Source: Takakia lepidozioides (lineage: Eukaryota; Plantae; Bryophyta). From it: 64,000 nt of DNA. Shown here one piece after another: positions 12,780 through 27,500 of this stretch (within the stretch, counting starts at the first letter, position 1; every line of letters starts with the position of its first letter). Where the stretch lies: positions 77,314,001 through 77,378,000 of the forward strand of contig CM060731.1 in the NCBI GenBank assembly GCA_030704615.1. The letters run 5' to 3'. The notes under the pieces were generated by a model. The model had not been told where the DNA came from and made no database searches. It saw only the letters and a list, made by a program, of their open reading frames with translations. Position numbers and translations under genes: made by a program.

Positions 12780-15350
12780 CTCATGAAATAGCAATCCCCG
12801 TTGAAAGCCCTCGATGAGGAGGGGTGCACCGACGTGGTCTCCTAATTTTTGGACCTACGGTGTGGGAGATATGGAGTTTCAAGTACTTTTGGTCGTTGGA
12901 AACTCGTGAAAAATAGTAAAGTGGGCTTTCCTCGAACAATGATGTGGAGATCTCCCAAAATGTAGGGCCTTTGGATACATAGGGATTGCACTTGGACTTA
13001 GATGGCATTGGACACTTGGGCCAATGACACAGGCTACCCTAGTACTCATGAAATAGCAACCCCCATCCAAGTATAATGGTAGTCATGACTCACAATCATA
13101 TGAACCACGTCCGTGTCTGAGGTCAATTATCTTTCACCATAGCTCCGTACATCACGGAGTGATATAGTCATATATTTGTCTCCTTGTGGCCAAACACTTG
13201 GGACTAAATGGCTTCCACGACTCTATAATCATATATTTGGTCAAATATGCCATGACTTGGAGAATGGCATAATCATGAAAACCGCAATGTATTGGACTGT
13301 AGCTTATTATTAGACAAATTTAGGTGAGTTAGGTTGGTAATTGTGTGTTAGAACACACAAATGATGTAGGTGTATTAATTAATCAATTGCATTGAAGCTA
13401 CTAACTTGTTACTTATTATTAGGCATTTAAATTAGGTGGTCATTGCATGCAGGTTAGGTTGTGCTAAGTGTGTGTTGACTGCAATGTCTGTCAATAACAC
13501 AATGCTAAGGTGTCTTAATTAATTCATTATAGGAACAACAAGAATTTAATGATTTATTAGCTTATTATGAGACAAATTTAGGTGGGTTAGGTTGGTAATT
13601 GAGGGGTAATTGTGTGTTGACAATGTCTATCAAGAACACACAAGTGACTCAGTAACCAAGCAGTTGCATGAACAATCAGAATCTACTAGCGTATTATTGG
13701 GCATATAAATTAGGTGGTCATTGTGTGCAAGTTAGGTTGCACTAAGTGTGTGTTGACAATGTCTATCAAGAACACAACATTGCTCAAGTATATTAACTAA
13801 TTCATTATAGGAACAAGAAGAATTTATTAGCATATTATTAGATAATTTTAGGTGGGTTAGGTTGGTGAGTATGTGTTGACAATCAATATATGCAGCAAGA
13901 TGTTTGTTTTGTTTTGTTTTGTTTGTTTGTTTGTTTTGTAGATTTGAGATGTCCCAAACTGCGGGGGGGCCCACCCTGAGTGCTTGGTACCGTTGAAAGC
14001 AATCGATGAGGAGGGGTGCACCGGCTTGGTCTCATGATGCGCCTCGCCAGAGCGCGTTTGTTTCTTTCGTATTCCCCCGATAAGAGAAGAACAAGCGGTG
14101 AGGGAGATGTAGAAATCCAAGTACTTTTGGTCGCTGGAAATTCATAAAAAATAGCAAAAATGGCAAAGTGGGCATTCCTAGGATAGTAGTTGGAGCCTCG
14201 AGGGGAGAGATATCAAGGGAAAGGTCTCCGGTTCAATCTGGTCGTAGGCTCTGTGGAAAAAAACTTACTTAGATGACATTGGACACTTGGGCCAACAGCA
14301 AAGACTACCTAGAGGTTGCATTTGGGCCTCGACATAGGAAACGCACTTTGATACATAGGGGATTGCACTTGGAGATAGATGACACGGGACACTTGGGCCA
14401 ACGGCACAGGCTACACTAGAGGTCGCACTTGACCTCGACATAGGAGACGCACTGGGATACATAGGGGATTGCACTTGGGCTTAGATGACACTGGACATTT
14501 GGGCCAACGGCACAGGCTACCCAAGTGTCTATTAAGAACACAACGGTGACTTAAGTGTACTAAATAATCATTTGCATGAACAACAAGAATCTACTAACTT
14601 ACTAAATAATGGACATATAAATTAGGTGGGAACTATGTGCAGGTTAGGTTGCACTAAGAGTGTGTTGACAATGTCTGTCAAGAACATGCTCACAAGAATA
14701 CACTTAGACCTGTATTAACTAATTAATTACAGGAACAACAAAAATCTACTAGCTTATTATAGGATATATTTAGTTGGTCATTGTGCGTGGGTTAGGTTGC
14801 TAGGGGTGTTAACAATGTCTATCAAAACATTTAACACACTCAGGTATATTAAGTAATCAAATACAAGAACAACAAGAATCTATTGATTTATATATTGGGC
14901 ATATTTAGTGGGGTCATTGTGTGTAGGTGTGGTAGTAGAGTTTTTCTAAGTTACTTGACATGGGTGTTAATAATGTCAAAAACTCACTCACATGTTAATT
15001 AAATTTTACAGATGTTACATCAAGACAGCTTGTTATTGGTAATATTTGGTTGGTCACTCTGTGCAAGTTTAGTAGCAAATTTTGTAAGTTTGCACAATGT
15101 TGACAATCTCTATGAAGAACACACGAGTCATAGTTTAGGTTGCAAGTATTTAGGCTTTAGGATCTAACCCTAAATATTAAGGATTAATGGTTCAGGGTTT
15201 AGTCCTAAGTGTTAATTAATTACATGAACAACAAGATAGTATCATATTATTAGGCATTAGATGGTTATTTTGTAAAGGTCTTATAGCATTGGTAATCGTG
15301 TGTTGACAATAATTTTGTCTACCAAAGAGGTATAGACAGTTGTACATTAA
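12780..15350. repeat. Complex repeat region: degenerate ~120-130 bp AT-rich tandem units plus a duplicated block (12780-13070 similar to 13980-14520, with ~117-bp internal units)
   Basis: Recurrent gttaggttg...gtgtgttgacaatgtctatcaagaacac...gaacaacaagaatctactagc, and recurrent ggattgcacttgg...atgacactggacacttgggccaa. Confidence 0.7.
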
Positions 15351-16115
15351 TTAGTTACAGAAAAAATAATATAACATCTTATTGAGCAAACTTAAAGCGA
15401 TGTCAGATAATCAGTAATATGAGCAGCCTGACTAGTACCAAAATTTACAAAGTGCGTTCAATGATTCAATTTAAATTTTAAATTATCAAACTTATCAACA
15501 TTAACACTTTTACACGAACTATCAAGATTCATGTTATAATTATAATTACATCTCGATTGTAGGGACCCCTTTGACAATTAACTTGACTACACTTAATATG
15601 TCATCAACTTTATATAATTACACTTTCCTAAATTTGCTACAAAATGTCAAACATCAATCATTTTTGTAATTATTTTATTTTATTTATACTTAAATGGTCA
15701 AATATCCTTATTATAGATATCATTAATCTAATATATTTATCAATCCAATATAACTCAATATTTTCATACATCAAGTTGGTACGGATTTAGGCCAAAAGTT
15801 AGAATTGAGTTAAAGGTTGTGTGTTGTAATAAAATAAAATAATAAGAAGAAGAAAGAAAAAAATGTTGTTATTTATAGAGACTTTGGTTGGAATCATATC
15901 TCTAAGCTCAAGTACATATGCACTACTGCAAGCACCTTCCAAACTCAATTAGGCAAAAGCTTTTTGAGGTGAAGTTACGCCTGCTTCAGCAAGAGTCTTT
16001 CTCTCTTCGTCCCCCCACTACTTATAAGCACACGAGTGTAGTTACTAGTATTGAATCTAAGTATTAGTTCTAATATATTAACTCATCTTCTTCTTGTGTG
16101 TATGTGTGTATACAA

Positions 16116-17560
16116 ATGACGAGTACGCAAGGTTTTTCTCCCATACCACAACTTGGGAAGGATATATTATTGTTCACTTTTGTTCTACCAATCATCATTA
16201 TTGGATGTCTCTCCCAAGTATCAGCAATGGATTACATTGTGTACATGGATAATGTTATGAATTATCCATTGAATTTTACAGCTTGCACATATGATGGTCC
16301 TGGTCGTGAGCCCAGATCATTCGTAAGAACTCTCTATCCGATTCCTGAATCTCACCTGATAATTGTCTTGTTCATATTGGAAAGGTCTCTAACAAGTTGT
16401 ACATGATTACTTTTAGGCCAATTCATAACTTGTTATCTTTGTAGAATAATGCACATTCTTTGCTGTAACCCTTAAGTGCCCCTTTGGCCCGTTTTGGTCC
16501 TTTTGGTTTTTTGGTGTGGTTTTCTCATATTTCAATCAAATGATCCAAATTTTCGAGCTGCTAATACCATCCACTTGATGGATAGGAATCTAATGCGTGA
16601 GTTGTAGCATTTTTTTATTAGCATTACAGTTATCCAAATCAAAGGAAGGGAAGTCTGGTTTGTGGTGCGAGAATTTAGCATCCCCGACACGTGAGAAAAC
16701 TCTCCTCCTACATGAGAAAATGTCTCCCACAATATTGACCCAATATGGGTTGACCAAGTGTCACTATCCCACCTTCTGCCCGGGAATGCATTTGTTTTTT
16801 GGATTGGATGCAAGATCCCCCCAAGGATGAACTTGGAGTAGATTCAATTAATTTAAAAATCATCTAAATGCCTAACAAATTGGCCGCAGATCCCTTTAGC
16901 AGGTAGGTATGCACCTAATGTGCGGTCAGAATTTTAAATTATGTTTTTTCTTTTCACAAAACTAGAAGGATATTTCAGCTCATGGATGAGGTTTTTGAAA
17001 AACATAAAAAATGACTACCAGGCGCTTAAGGGTTAACCTTGGCGGTGGCTAGATTTGAGAAACTACCATATCTTCATGATGTACAGTTTCTGACTTTACA
17101 TGGTCTATTATCATCATTTTATTATTGTTTCCAAAACATGTTTTCTAATTCATTTTGGATCACTATGTCTTTTTCCCCTCTCCTAGGAATAAGAATTAAA
17201 ATATCAAGTGTGTGATACATTGTAAGCTAGATTTTGTAAACCCCGTAGTTTGTAGCTCTTGTACACGTGAAAATATATCTTCACTGCATTTTTCTAATGA
17301 CAATTCAATTACGAGCATTGTAGATTGTTGCTGTAGGGGCGCCATCTACCCCAATATATCTTACTTGGCTGACGTCGACAATGTATACTTGTACGGTTGC
17401 CTATATCAATTCAGCAGGGCTCATTCACTCTCGCAGATGGCAAGTCGCTGGATCATGGTACCAAGAACGAACAATTTCTTGGAAGATTGATATAAATGGT
17501 GCTTGTTATTATCATGGTGAGGACAAAGAAACTTGTCGACAAACTTGGTCTAATTGGTAG
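16116..17560 (+). CDS. Small secreted protein, S-protein homologue (SPH / plant self-incompatibility S1)-like; exons 16116-16305 and 17337-17560
   Basis: TATA-like cttataag at 16021 and a signal-peptide-like ILLFTFVLPIIIIGCLSQVSA. Phase-1 GTGAGC...TAG intron joins YIVYMDNVMNYPLNFTACTYDGPG to R-APSTPIYLTWLTSTMYTCTVAY...ISWKIDINGACYY...TWSNW*, fitting the SPH V.I.N...L...C / T.Y.C / W.I..xG / terminal W pattern. Confidence 0.55.
16469..17032. mobile_element. piggyBac-like MITE within the SPH-like gene intron
   Basis: TIR cccttaagtgcc / ggcgcttaaggg. Right flank TTAA, left flank GTAA (one mismatch). Confidence 0.55.
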
Positions 17561-18529
17561 GTTGTGAACCATGTGATATCTAGATTCAGAAGTGAAAAAT
17601 AGTGTGATAGACTAAATCTAGTTGGATGTTGTGAATTGTGAATCAACTTCAATGGAAATGGTCACAACAGATGGAAGGTGGTCAAAATGAAAAACAAATA
17701 GAGATGAATCAGAAGGTACGTGCATGAAGCACTCGAAATATTAGATACAATCTTCTACTACTGGGGATGGGGCCCAAGGTGCATGTAACGATGTCTAACT
17801 AGTGGTAGCATAAGATACGATGCTTGCACTTAGAGCAATTTTTACTAAGTAGGTGGTTGCATGAAAGTGATCTTGATGGATAGAGTGACGAGCAGTTTTT
17901 TGTGGAGGTAGAGGGTATAATACCCAACCATCTTATGTGTTATCCACTTTTCATCATGGTTTTTACTTAGATAGCGGTGGGCCAAAATGGTGACTCCCTA
18001 CTACTTAATGGATTGGGCCAGTATGCCATCTTTGTTTTCTTTTGGTGTTTATTTAACAGCACACTTAGCTGATGTACATAATTAGTAATGAAGATGAGTT
18101 TGGGGCAATACAATAACAAGTGGAAACTACTGAGATTTTATGACATGATACTATCGCGTTAATATTTCAATTGTATTTTAGATGTAGGTTCTTCCAACTT
18201 CCTGGATCCCCTTTTATGATCATATTTGTAGTCACATTACCATTCTCTAATTCTCTTGTTTGCATTCATCCCCCTTCTAGATCATCCCTTTATGATGATA
18301 TCCGGCCCTTTCTTGAGATCTTATCTGATTCCACAAATTATAAGCTTTTCTTGAACATTGATCAAACTTTTCTAATAACTTAGCCGAGCGAATGCAATTG
18401 GTGATTAGACAAGGGGGACTAAAACATTACAAAATAGATGTGAGGAAATAATGAATGGGGTAAGCCCTCTTTCTTTCTTAGGGCCATCTTAAGCAACTTC
18501 TTTGCATTTTAATATGTAACCTCAACCCT

Positions 18530-21500
18530 CTTCAGTCAGTGTACTCACCCCGTTATACATGGTCTCCGCATCACTCGCCATAATCACGCAGCTTGATACA
18601 TCCATAAACTTCTCATGACCCGATCAAAAACCAGATGGTTCCTACTCATCAATGTTGGTACCTACCAAGGCCGACCCCCTGACCACACTGTCCCTCACTG
18701 GATCTTTTCGTGTATTTGTCCTCACACACCTTGTACCTGCCCCTCCCGGCTCTACCCAGATATCCTACTTGTCCAAGGCTTACCTATCAATGCCCCCCTA
18801 CCCGACCATTATCCTGTCACTATAGCCTTTCCACCATCCCTCATCCCCTTCAGACCCATTCCACAAGTACAAGTCCCCCCCCGCTCAATCTAGAATCTTA
18901 TCTCCACTCCCCCAATGTAACATATCCGCTTTTCTGACACACTTCCATCCCATATCCACACATCTAACACTTCAATTATCAGACATACTCACAGAGGATA
19001 ACCTGAGGCATTCCTCTGATGAAACCTGGCTGGCCTCCGAAAAAACACTCAGAACTTTAATGGAAGAAATGACCAAAAGCGTCATCGCCACCTGCTCCGC
19101 CCCCAAAGAGATTCCACAAACTACACGCTCAAAACAAAATGGGGGCTACCTTATTCGTATACAAAAACGTGCCTGGAAGCAACATCTTAACACATATCAC
19201 ACAATTAGACGTGCCCTTGTTATCATACCCACTACTTCCCACATACACCCAGGAAATAACTGGAAAAGTATCCTAAGCCTAAATACCTTAACAACATGCC
19301 AAGCACTCATGCCCCCACCTGATAACCCTCATAGTATTTCGGACTGGATCACTACTCTCTCCAAAATTGGAAGAGATGCTAATAAAAAAGCTTATAATAT
19401 CACCAAACAAAAAGCTGCCGACAGTCACAAAAAATTTGTTTCCTCCTTCAATCAATTACTACATGACAATCCCAAAAAAACGCACAAAATCATCTTTAAC
19501 CCGGCCCTAAACCCGCCCATTGACTGTATCAAACACCGACACGGCCACTTGCTCACCAGCCCTACGGACATTAACCATGAAATATGGTCACAAACATCCT
19601 CTACATACACACCCACCGTTACGAACTGCCTACATCCCAATCTCCACAATGACAATTGCATGTGCAAAGCTAGACACTACCCATGGCACGATATAGACGG
19701 CTTCTCCTTAGACAACAAAGGATCCCCAACAGACCGTATTCTCGACCTATTCACACTCGACATTTACGAATCATGCCTTAAAAAAACTATCTAAGTCTAA
19801 AGCCCCAGGTCCTGATCTCATCCCAAACGCCATACTTCAAGCATTGGACCCCCAACTCCACCATCTTATCTTCAAGTTCTTTCAGCTATGCTACAAACTA
19901 CAACAAATTCCACACTCCTAGAAACATAGCCGCACCATCTTGCTCTTCAAAAAAGGTGACCCTACGGACCTAAGCAACTATAGACCTATTGCACTAGCCA
20001 ACACTATATATAAGTTATTTACCAGTACGCTCATCACAATGCTCTCAAGTTATGGAGAACAACATCAAATTCTCAGCAACCCTCAAGAAGGTTTCCGCGC
20101 TACACGCAGTACCACACAACAAATAAAATATGTCATATCCGCCCTCGAAGACACTAAACTTACAAAACAAGACATATATCTTCTATACATTGACTTTAAA
20201 AATGTCTTTGGTTCCCTAGACCATGCTAGATTACTCGCTATCATGCTTGACCTCGGATACCCCGCCGATGCTGTCCAACTTATATGAAACATCTACACAA
20301 ACAGTACAACAGAATACTTCGGTACATACTATGGCTCCACCCCACCCATCCTCATTCTCCGGGGTACCATACAAGGAGATACCTTAAGCCCCCTATCTAT
20401 TTATTATCTTCTTGGAACCCCTACTCAAATGGCTAGCCCGCAGTAAGCTTGGACACCAATACAAGACCTCCCCCAGTGACATCTCAGCTGCAGCATATGC
20501 AGACGATCTCGCCATACTCGCACATAAACCACAACACTTAAACCGACAGGTCAGCAAATTATCCCGATTCAATCAATGGTCAGGCATGGAACTCAGCTTG
20601 CACAAGTGCGCTATTACAGCTGCAACACATCGCAGCCGGCTCTCTAAAGATACTATTGCCCTGTACTGTAAACTCTATATACACTACCAAAACACGCCCT
20701 TCCCCTTTTTGGGACCCGATGAACCCTACACTTATCTAGGCATCCGATTAGTTCCCTCCCTCACCTGGCACATCCAAAAAGAATCTACCTCATCCAAACT
20801 CGCTAATAAAAGCCTATCCCTTCTCAAATCCCCCATTGTCATTCGGCCCAAGCTATCAATCATTAAATCAGTACTGCAAACCCAAATCCAATACTCATTC
20901 CATGCCGCGCCCTTCTCCCTACCCGACATCAGAAAACTGGATAAAACCATTATTCAGCTCACTAAACATGTATGTGGCTTACCAACTAGTACCCCTAATG
21001 CCCTCACACAACTCCCAACTGACCATTACGGAGTAGGCTCTAGCCCACTTATTATTTCATATGCTCGTACATTGGGTACACAACTCAAAGAAGCACTAAA
21101 CGACCCAGGACGGCTTGGTATCATCTACCATGGTCTCCTTAAATTCCTTGCCCTCAGATACAATGGCCTATATTCGCTATCATTGCTACATCCACAAGCA
21201 TGCCTCTACTCTCCCACTGCGCGCGCACTCCTAATCCTATGTCAAATGAAAATTAGCATACAGACCGACTTGCCACACTACCCTAACACCTTATCACCAC
21301 TAGAACAGGCATGAATTACCAGCCCTTTCCTATCACAGTTCAACATCTCCCACCCAAAGCAAAAAATCCCTATCCTCACTTACTTCAAAGAGCGTTGCAC
21401 ACCACCCTTACCCAACTTACCACTGCCACAGGCCACCGACTTTTAAAACCAAGTGAATTCACCCTTAAATTCTCCCGAGTCACGCCCAAAACCAGCCGTT

Positions 21501-21550
21501 ACTTACACCACCTCCGTACCCTCTTCTGTACAACATATAACACCAAATCC
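18530..21550 (+). mobile_element. Degenerate non-LTR retrotransposon (LINE): C-terminal REL fragment (18530-18800) followed by RT region
   Basis: KAPGPD, NYRPIALANTIYKLF, QEGFR, YIDFKNVF, GTIQGDTLSP, AYADDL and YTYLGI motifs with stops and frameshifts. 18530-18800 is a diverged copy of 60670-60920. Confidence 0.92.
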
Positions 21551-22329
21551 AACGGTCAGCTCAATTTTAACTAATTCTGGACTTTTGACTTAAATCCGGA
21601 CAAAACTTAATATAATTTTACCTTTAAATTAAATCAAATAATTACAATTTATGAAGCAATGAATCAAGATTTAGTTTTCAAGTGAATGTGCATGACTCCA
21701 AATTCCTTAAACGTCAACATCAAAGTCGAATGATATACAAATTTAGCCAATGCAAAGGATATATACTAATTACCACGAGTATCCATGAGACATCATTACC
21801 CAGTACAATTTGTCAATTAGTTTGTTATCCCCAATACAAATGCACTATATATAGTCCACAAACACCCTAGCCCTGAAACTAGAATATCTACACATAAGGT
21901 TGACATTCAGAAGACTGGGTGTGCGTCGCACGAAAATATGTTTTTGCAAATGCCTCCGCATAGATAGGTAGCTTGTAAAAATGAAGACTCGAACTTAGAC
22001 AAAATACTTTATTTTGTAATAAAAAAATATGTCGGTCTCGAATCCAAATTGACTCCTGCAAAAGAATAACCACGAATATAAATTTATGAATACTAACATA
22101 TGAATACAAGGCCCGAAGGCGAACTAAAAGGTATTCAAAATCAAAACGGTCCACGGAAATTAAAAAAAATCTTACTCACATGAGAAATCCGAATCAACAT
22201 TAATAAAATGTGGAAAAATGTATGGAACATATGGAACTTCTAAACATTTTTAATCGAAATAATTTCTCCAAACCAATGTATCAATGTACTCCAAAGCTAT
22301 GTACATTTATTTTTTCAATGACTCGCTTC

Positions 22330-24330
22330 GGGATATGAGGTTGTGAGGTAGGGTTTAGGATAAGAAAAAAGTGTGAAAAGGGGGAAAACCTATAAGAACT
22401 TTCAATCAAATATCTCAACCTTGAATACATTGTACCCCAAAGTAAGAATGTGTTTTTTTAACGAGCTTCCAACATGGATATAAGGTTTTAGGTTTATAAA
22501 GTCTTAGAAAAATTATAAGTATGAATCACACAAAATATGTAGGAAAGTTTATGACCTATAAAAACGTTCAATCAAGTAATATTTTAACTTGTATTATACC
22601 CAAAAGCTGGAAAAATGATTTGAATGTACTTCAAATATTTGAATGAGGTTTAGGGTATAAGGGGTTGGAGAAGTAAAAGTACTATCAAGTACAAAATAAA
22701 ATTGGAAGAAATGTGTAGAACATATAAGAATTTCCAAGTAAATATCCTGAGGACTCTATCATACATATAAGCTAGAATAAAATGAATCAATGAGCTTCAA
22801 ATGTGGAAACTACATTTTAGAGTATACTAGGGTTTAGAACAAGCAAAAGTGTGAATGATACAAATAATGGGATACTGTTTAGGACTACTACAAAATTTCA
22901 ATTCAATATTCCAACAACTCTTAGTAGTATGCAACCCCAAAGTTAGAAAAGAAATTTTTGAGTAAGCTTCAAACATTACAAAGATATTTTTGGGGTACTG
23001 GGCTTAGGCTATTAAACTAAAGTATAGGTAAGAACAAATATGAAAGAATGGAACTTAGGATCTACTAAAATATCAATTAAAAATCCAGACCACTTTATCT
23101 TATTATAAAATGAATCAATGGGGGGAAAAGAATAATGAGCTTCAAACAATAAAAAAAGATAACATACTAGGATTTAGGGTAAGAAAATTTGGTACTATTC
23201 AATGACAAACAAATTTACAAGAGTAATTAAGGCATATAAAATATCTCAATTAAATATCGTAAAATTCTATAAACTTCCCCAAAGCTTAGTACTAGCCAAA
23301 AAAAAAAAATCTATTCAATGTAAACAAAGGGTTGAAAAGTGCTTATAAGGAAGTTCCATACAAAATTGCTACCAAGTAGTACTAAGCAATTGCTTTAATG
23401 AGCTAATTCAATCTTATACATGTTGGGATTAAAATTTGTTCCGACCACATCCCCTCTATTATATCCCAAAGCTGAAAAATTTAGAAATGGGAGAAAAAAC
23501 AGAAACAAAAACAAAAACAAACATGGGACTTGGGCTTCAAACATGGATATGAGGTGGACAGAAATATCAATGAGAAACTAATATGGAAGCGACAGTTTGT
23601 GTACGAGGTCCTATAAAAACTTTCAATCAAATATCCCAACCTTGAATGCATTGTATTCCAAAGTAGGAATTTGCTTTCTTAAGAAGCTTCAAACATGGAT
23701 ATAATGTTTTAGGGGAATAAAGTTTCTAAGAAATAAAAGTATGAATCACATAAAAGTATGCATGAATATTTAGGACCTATAATTTTTAAAACATTCAACA
23801 ATCAAGTCAATATAATATTCTAACCATTGTAATTTGTATTATACCCAAAGCTCAAAAATTGATTTGAATGAACTTCTTGAATGAGGTTTTGCGGTATAGG
23901 GTTTCGGATAAACAAAAGTACTTCAAGTAAAAAAAAAACATATGGAAGAGTAAGAATTTTCAAGTAAATATCTCGATGACTTTGTCATACATGTAAGCTG
24001 GAAAACGTAATTAATTGAGCTTCAAATGTAGCAACTACGTTTTAGGCTATAGGGGTTAAGTCTCCGACAAAAGGATGAATGACAGGGGTGATGGGAGAGT
24101 GTTTAGGACCTATACAAATTTTTAATTAAATATTCCAACCACTGTAGTATGCAATCTCAAAGTTAGAAAAATAATTAATTTCGAGTGTCAAGCTTCAAAC
24201 ATTACAAAGATATTTTTGTGGTACTCGGCTTAGGCTAAGTTAAAGTATATTAGATAATAAACAAATATTATGAAAGAATAACATTAAGGACCTATAAAAA
24301 TGTCATTAAAAAATCCAAACCAATCCAAAA
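22330..24330. repeat. AT-rich satellite-like array: ~165-170 bp monomers with a ~1.2-kb higher-order duplication
   Basis: Motif (c)tataa...ttcaa(t/g)..aatat...gagcttcaaa...tagggtt recurs near 22390, 22556, 22722, 22885, 23062 and 23233. 22399-23100 is re-duplicated at 23619-24320. Confidence 0.7.
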
Positions 24331-24596
24331 AATAAAAAATAAAAAATAAAAAATTTAGGAGGTTATATAAAAACTTGCAAGTATTACTAAGCAAAAGGTT
24401 TTTTTTTAAATCCCAACCACTCTAACAAAATTTATTCATACAAAATTTATTGAAAGTGATCCAAATTTTGCTAGAAGAATGAACAACATTACAATTGAGT
24501 AGAACAACTATTTTTTATCCATCATTCAAAGTCATTGAGGTTTAAAACATTACAAAGAAACAAGAAAGTTGGAGAGTTGTTTGCATTCATACCATT

Positions 24597-27500
24597 TTAG
24601 TTTTCATTATCTTGACGATTTGCTGATTCCAAATTTGCTCTAGCATTGTCCGCCTCTCGAGCAGTTATATTTTTTGTGCTTGCTTTTGTCGTATTTTTTC
24701 TCGGCGGCATTGTCCACAATATATTGTCAACATGAATCCATTGAGTGGGATCCATTGGGTTGAACTCCCAACTTTTGGACCAACAATCTTTGTATCTATC
24801 TGCATCCGTAAGATTGCCCTCTTTCTTCGGTCTCCACCACTCCACAAGAAGCTTTTTGTAATTGCGATCTTCTCTATCTCGTACAACATCCAATATTGTC
24901 ATTCCCATCCAAACAGGAAAAGTTTCCGTATTATTTGGGCGAACAAGGACAAAAAATCCTTTCTCAATATCCTTGAATGGATTTAACGGTATTTTTGGAC
25001 GGTCACATCTCGGCCCACAATACGGTTCCACAATATCTTCATTGACTGTCTATGAACATCGTCTCTCATGTGGTGCTCGACCCATTTTGTTGCTGGCCAA
25101 AATCCTTCGATAAGTTCGTCATTTGGCTCCTCCAACGGAAGGTCAAGTTCTTCAAGAATATCCGCCCAATATTGATCATATTGTTTCATGATATTTCCAT
25201 ATTAATCATCCAAGAGCGTCATTTTTTTTCCAAAAATTCATATATTATTTAATACCGGACTTGATGCAAGATTGTTTCTCCAATGCTTCATCACCATCTC
25301 CCCAAATAGGTCTCTTACGGAGCGGTTTCGGCTGTCCAACTAGAAGCATTGGAGAACCATCGTCTTCGCTTTCCACATTTTGACATTGCTATTTTTTGGA
25401 AGCCAATCCGAATCTGTTGCAGATTTTTTGTATTACATTAGAGGCCAGCCATCCGAATCAACAAAAAACCGAAAAAAAATGCATTTCTGTAGCTCCAACC
25501 AAAGCCTCCTTCCCCTCCAAAATAAAGCTGTCGACAAAATCCTTGAAGTCTGGAACTTCTTGAATTATTTGTGGAATGAACTGTAGGTCTTGAGATACCA
25601 TGAAATTTTTTTCATGAGATCGGAAAGAACATAGGTGTTGTTCTCTTTCAATTTCTTCGAAATGTAACTAAAATAAGCATCAATGTCCTCATGCGTGTGG
25701 CCGACCATAAGGAAACCGAGTTGAATTTCTTCGAACACCTCTCTTGCAGTAAACAGTGATAAGAACGCCAACATCCACCTGTTCTTGTTGTCTTTGACAC
25801 AATTGTCCATTTGTAGATACAATCTTTGTGGTAATGAAAGCGCTCATTTTTTATCCTTTTCAGAACAAGACTTTAAAACATCCAAACACCTGGATTTTCC
25901 TCTCATTATGACTTCAAAGAAATCAGTTTGCATTGGGTTGTTGAAAATGACCATTGATTCACAACATGTTGGTTTCTCCAATTGTCGCAAAGTTCTAGCC
26001 AAAGATCCTATAACGAAGTTGGGATCTGCTGGCCAAAAATCCATCCAATATTGAGCGTACGCGCCATCTCTGTGACCGTGAATAACGATACCCACCATAG
26101 ACACTGGAAGCTGCCCCAAGCCTGAAATCATCTTGTTCGTTGTTTGCAAACGTGGAAGAGCAGTCTTTCGATGATCCATCTTATCATGAATGATGCATAA
26201 GAATTTTATTGGCATCATAACCGATTCATTCTTCCAGCTATGGTAGAGTCTCCGGCAAGACTCTTGATGCTTCAGATGTTTGTCAAGAGCTTTTTTATGA
26301 CACATTTGGTCTGCACTTCTTTTCACAGACTTCTTAATGAGGTCCTTTAGCATCTCACACCCCGTACATTTTGCAAATGTTCATCCACTTTTTCTAACTG
26401 CGACGTTGGAGAAAATATTATTTCTAATTCGACTCACCGCTGAAGTAGAAATAGGCCCTAAGCCCAGAACCTGATTGGTCTGTCATGTGCGCCCAAGAAT
26501 ATATTAGAATGTTGACACTAATGTCGAGGTCTCCTATAGTAATCCCATCAGCCTGATACAGGTAGTAGATAAATAAAGACTATTGATCGATCGATGTAAA
26601 AAAATTATTTGCTCAACCAAATCACATCTTATTCACATTATCTTAATAGAGAGGTCCAAAAGAAGAAGTAGATGAGAAAGAATATTCACCTCGTTGGACT
26701 TATCTCGAACTCGTTTCCAATTAATCTCTGGAAGTAGTACACGGAGTGTATCTCGGCGCCCCTCACCAATACATCTCGTTTTATGTGGCATGAAATCACT
26801 GTTCCCGTTAATGATAGACAATATATTCCCCTCAGCCTGAACAGTCTTTGGGCGGGGTCGCTTCATTCCACAATTTTCATGCAGAGAATAGATAACCCCT
26901 TCTTTACTGAGTCTTTTGTACTCCATATAAGTTGACCTGTCAATTCCATGAATTGTCCACCACGCCTTCTCGCAAATATCCACTCCCTCAATAGTAATGT
27001 ATGCTCGACGAGTTGACCCCTCGAGTCTGTGTGGTCTCCGTGGAATGTCAAATCCCAGCTCTCGTCTATTGTCGAAGGTGGATCCCAAAAATGTGGTACG
27101 AAGAACAAACGTCTGCTTCCAATTAAAAAATTGATAACACCGAAGTTGACAACATGGTTTGCTACTGACCTCTCTCATAGACTTTTCCGAGAGTAATTTT
27201 TTTGATTTCCTAGATTCATCCAAAGCAACACTTCTTTTGGATTGACGAAAATGTCTGTAAGAAGCCTTCCTTATACCACACTCACCATCCTCCGGTTCAC
27301 TAGCCATCTCGGAGCTGTAGAAATTTTGTAGATCTTCAGAAAACAACTTTTATTTTGCAAGAATTTTGTTCTAATCAAAGGCCACTTGACAGTGGACATG
27401 AGAGATCCACATCCTCCTACTAGCACCTTGGTAATGAGAACACCAACATGGTCCTCCCCGAGTTTGTCACAAAGTACCACCTCATCCGGAATGCATGCGT

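Noticed and set aside
17212-17490. 92-aa ORF in the supplied track
   Set aside because: Intron phase and protein pattern support a different frame (17337-17560) as exon 2 of the SPH-like gene.
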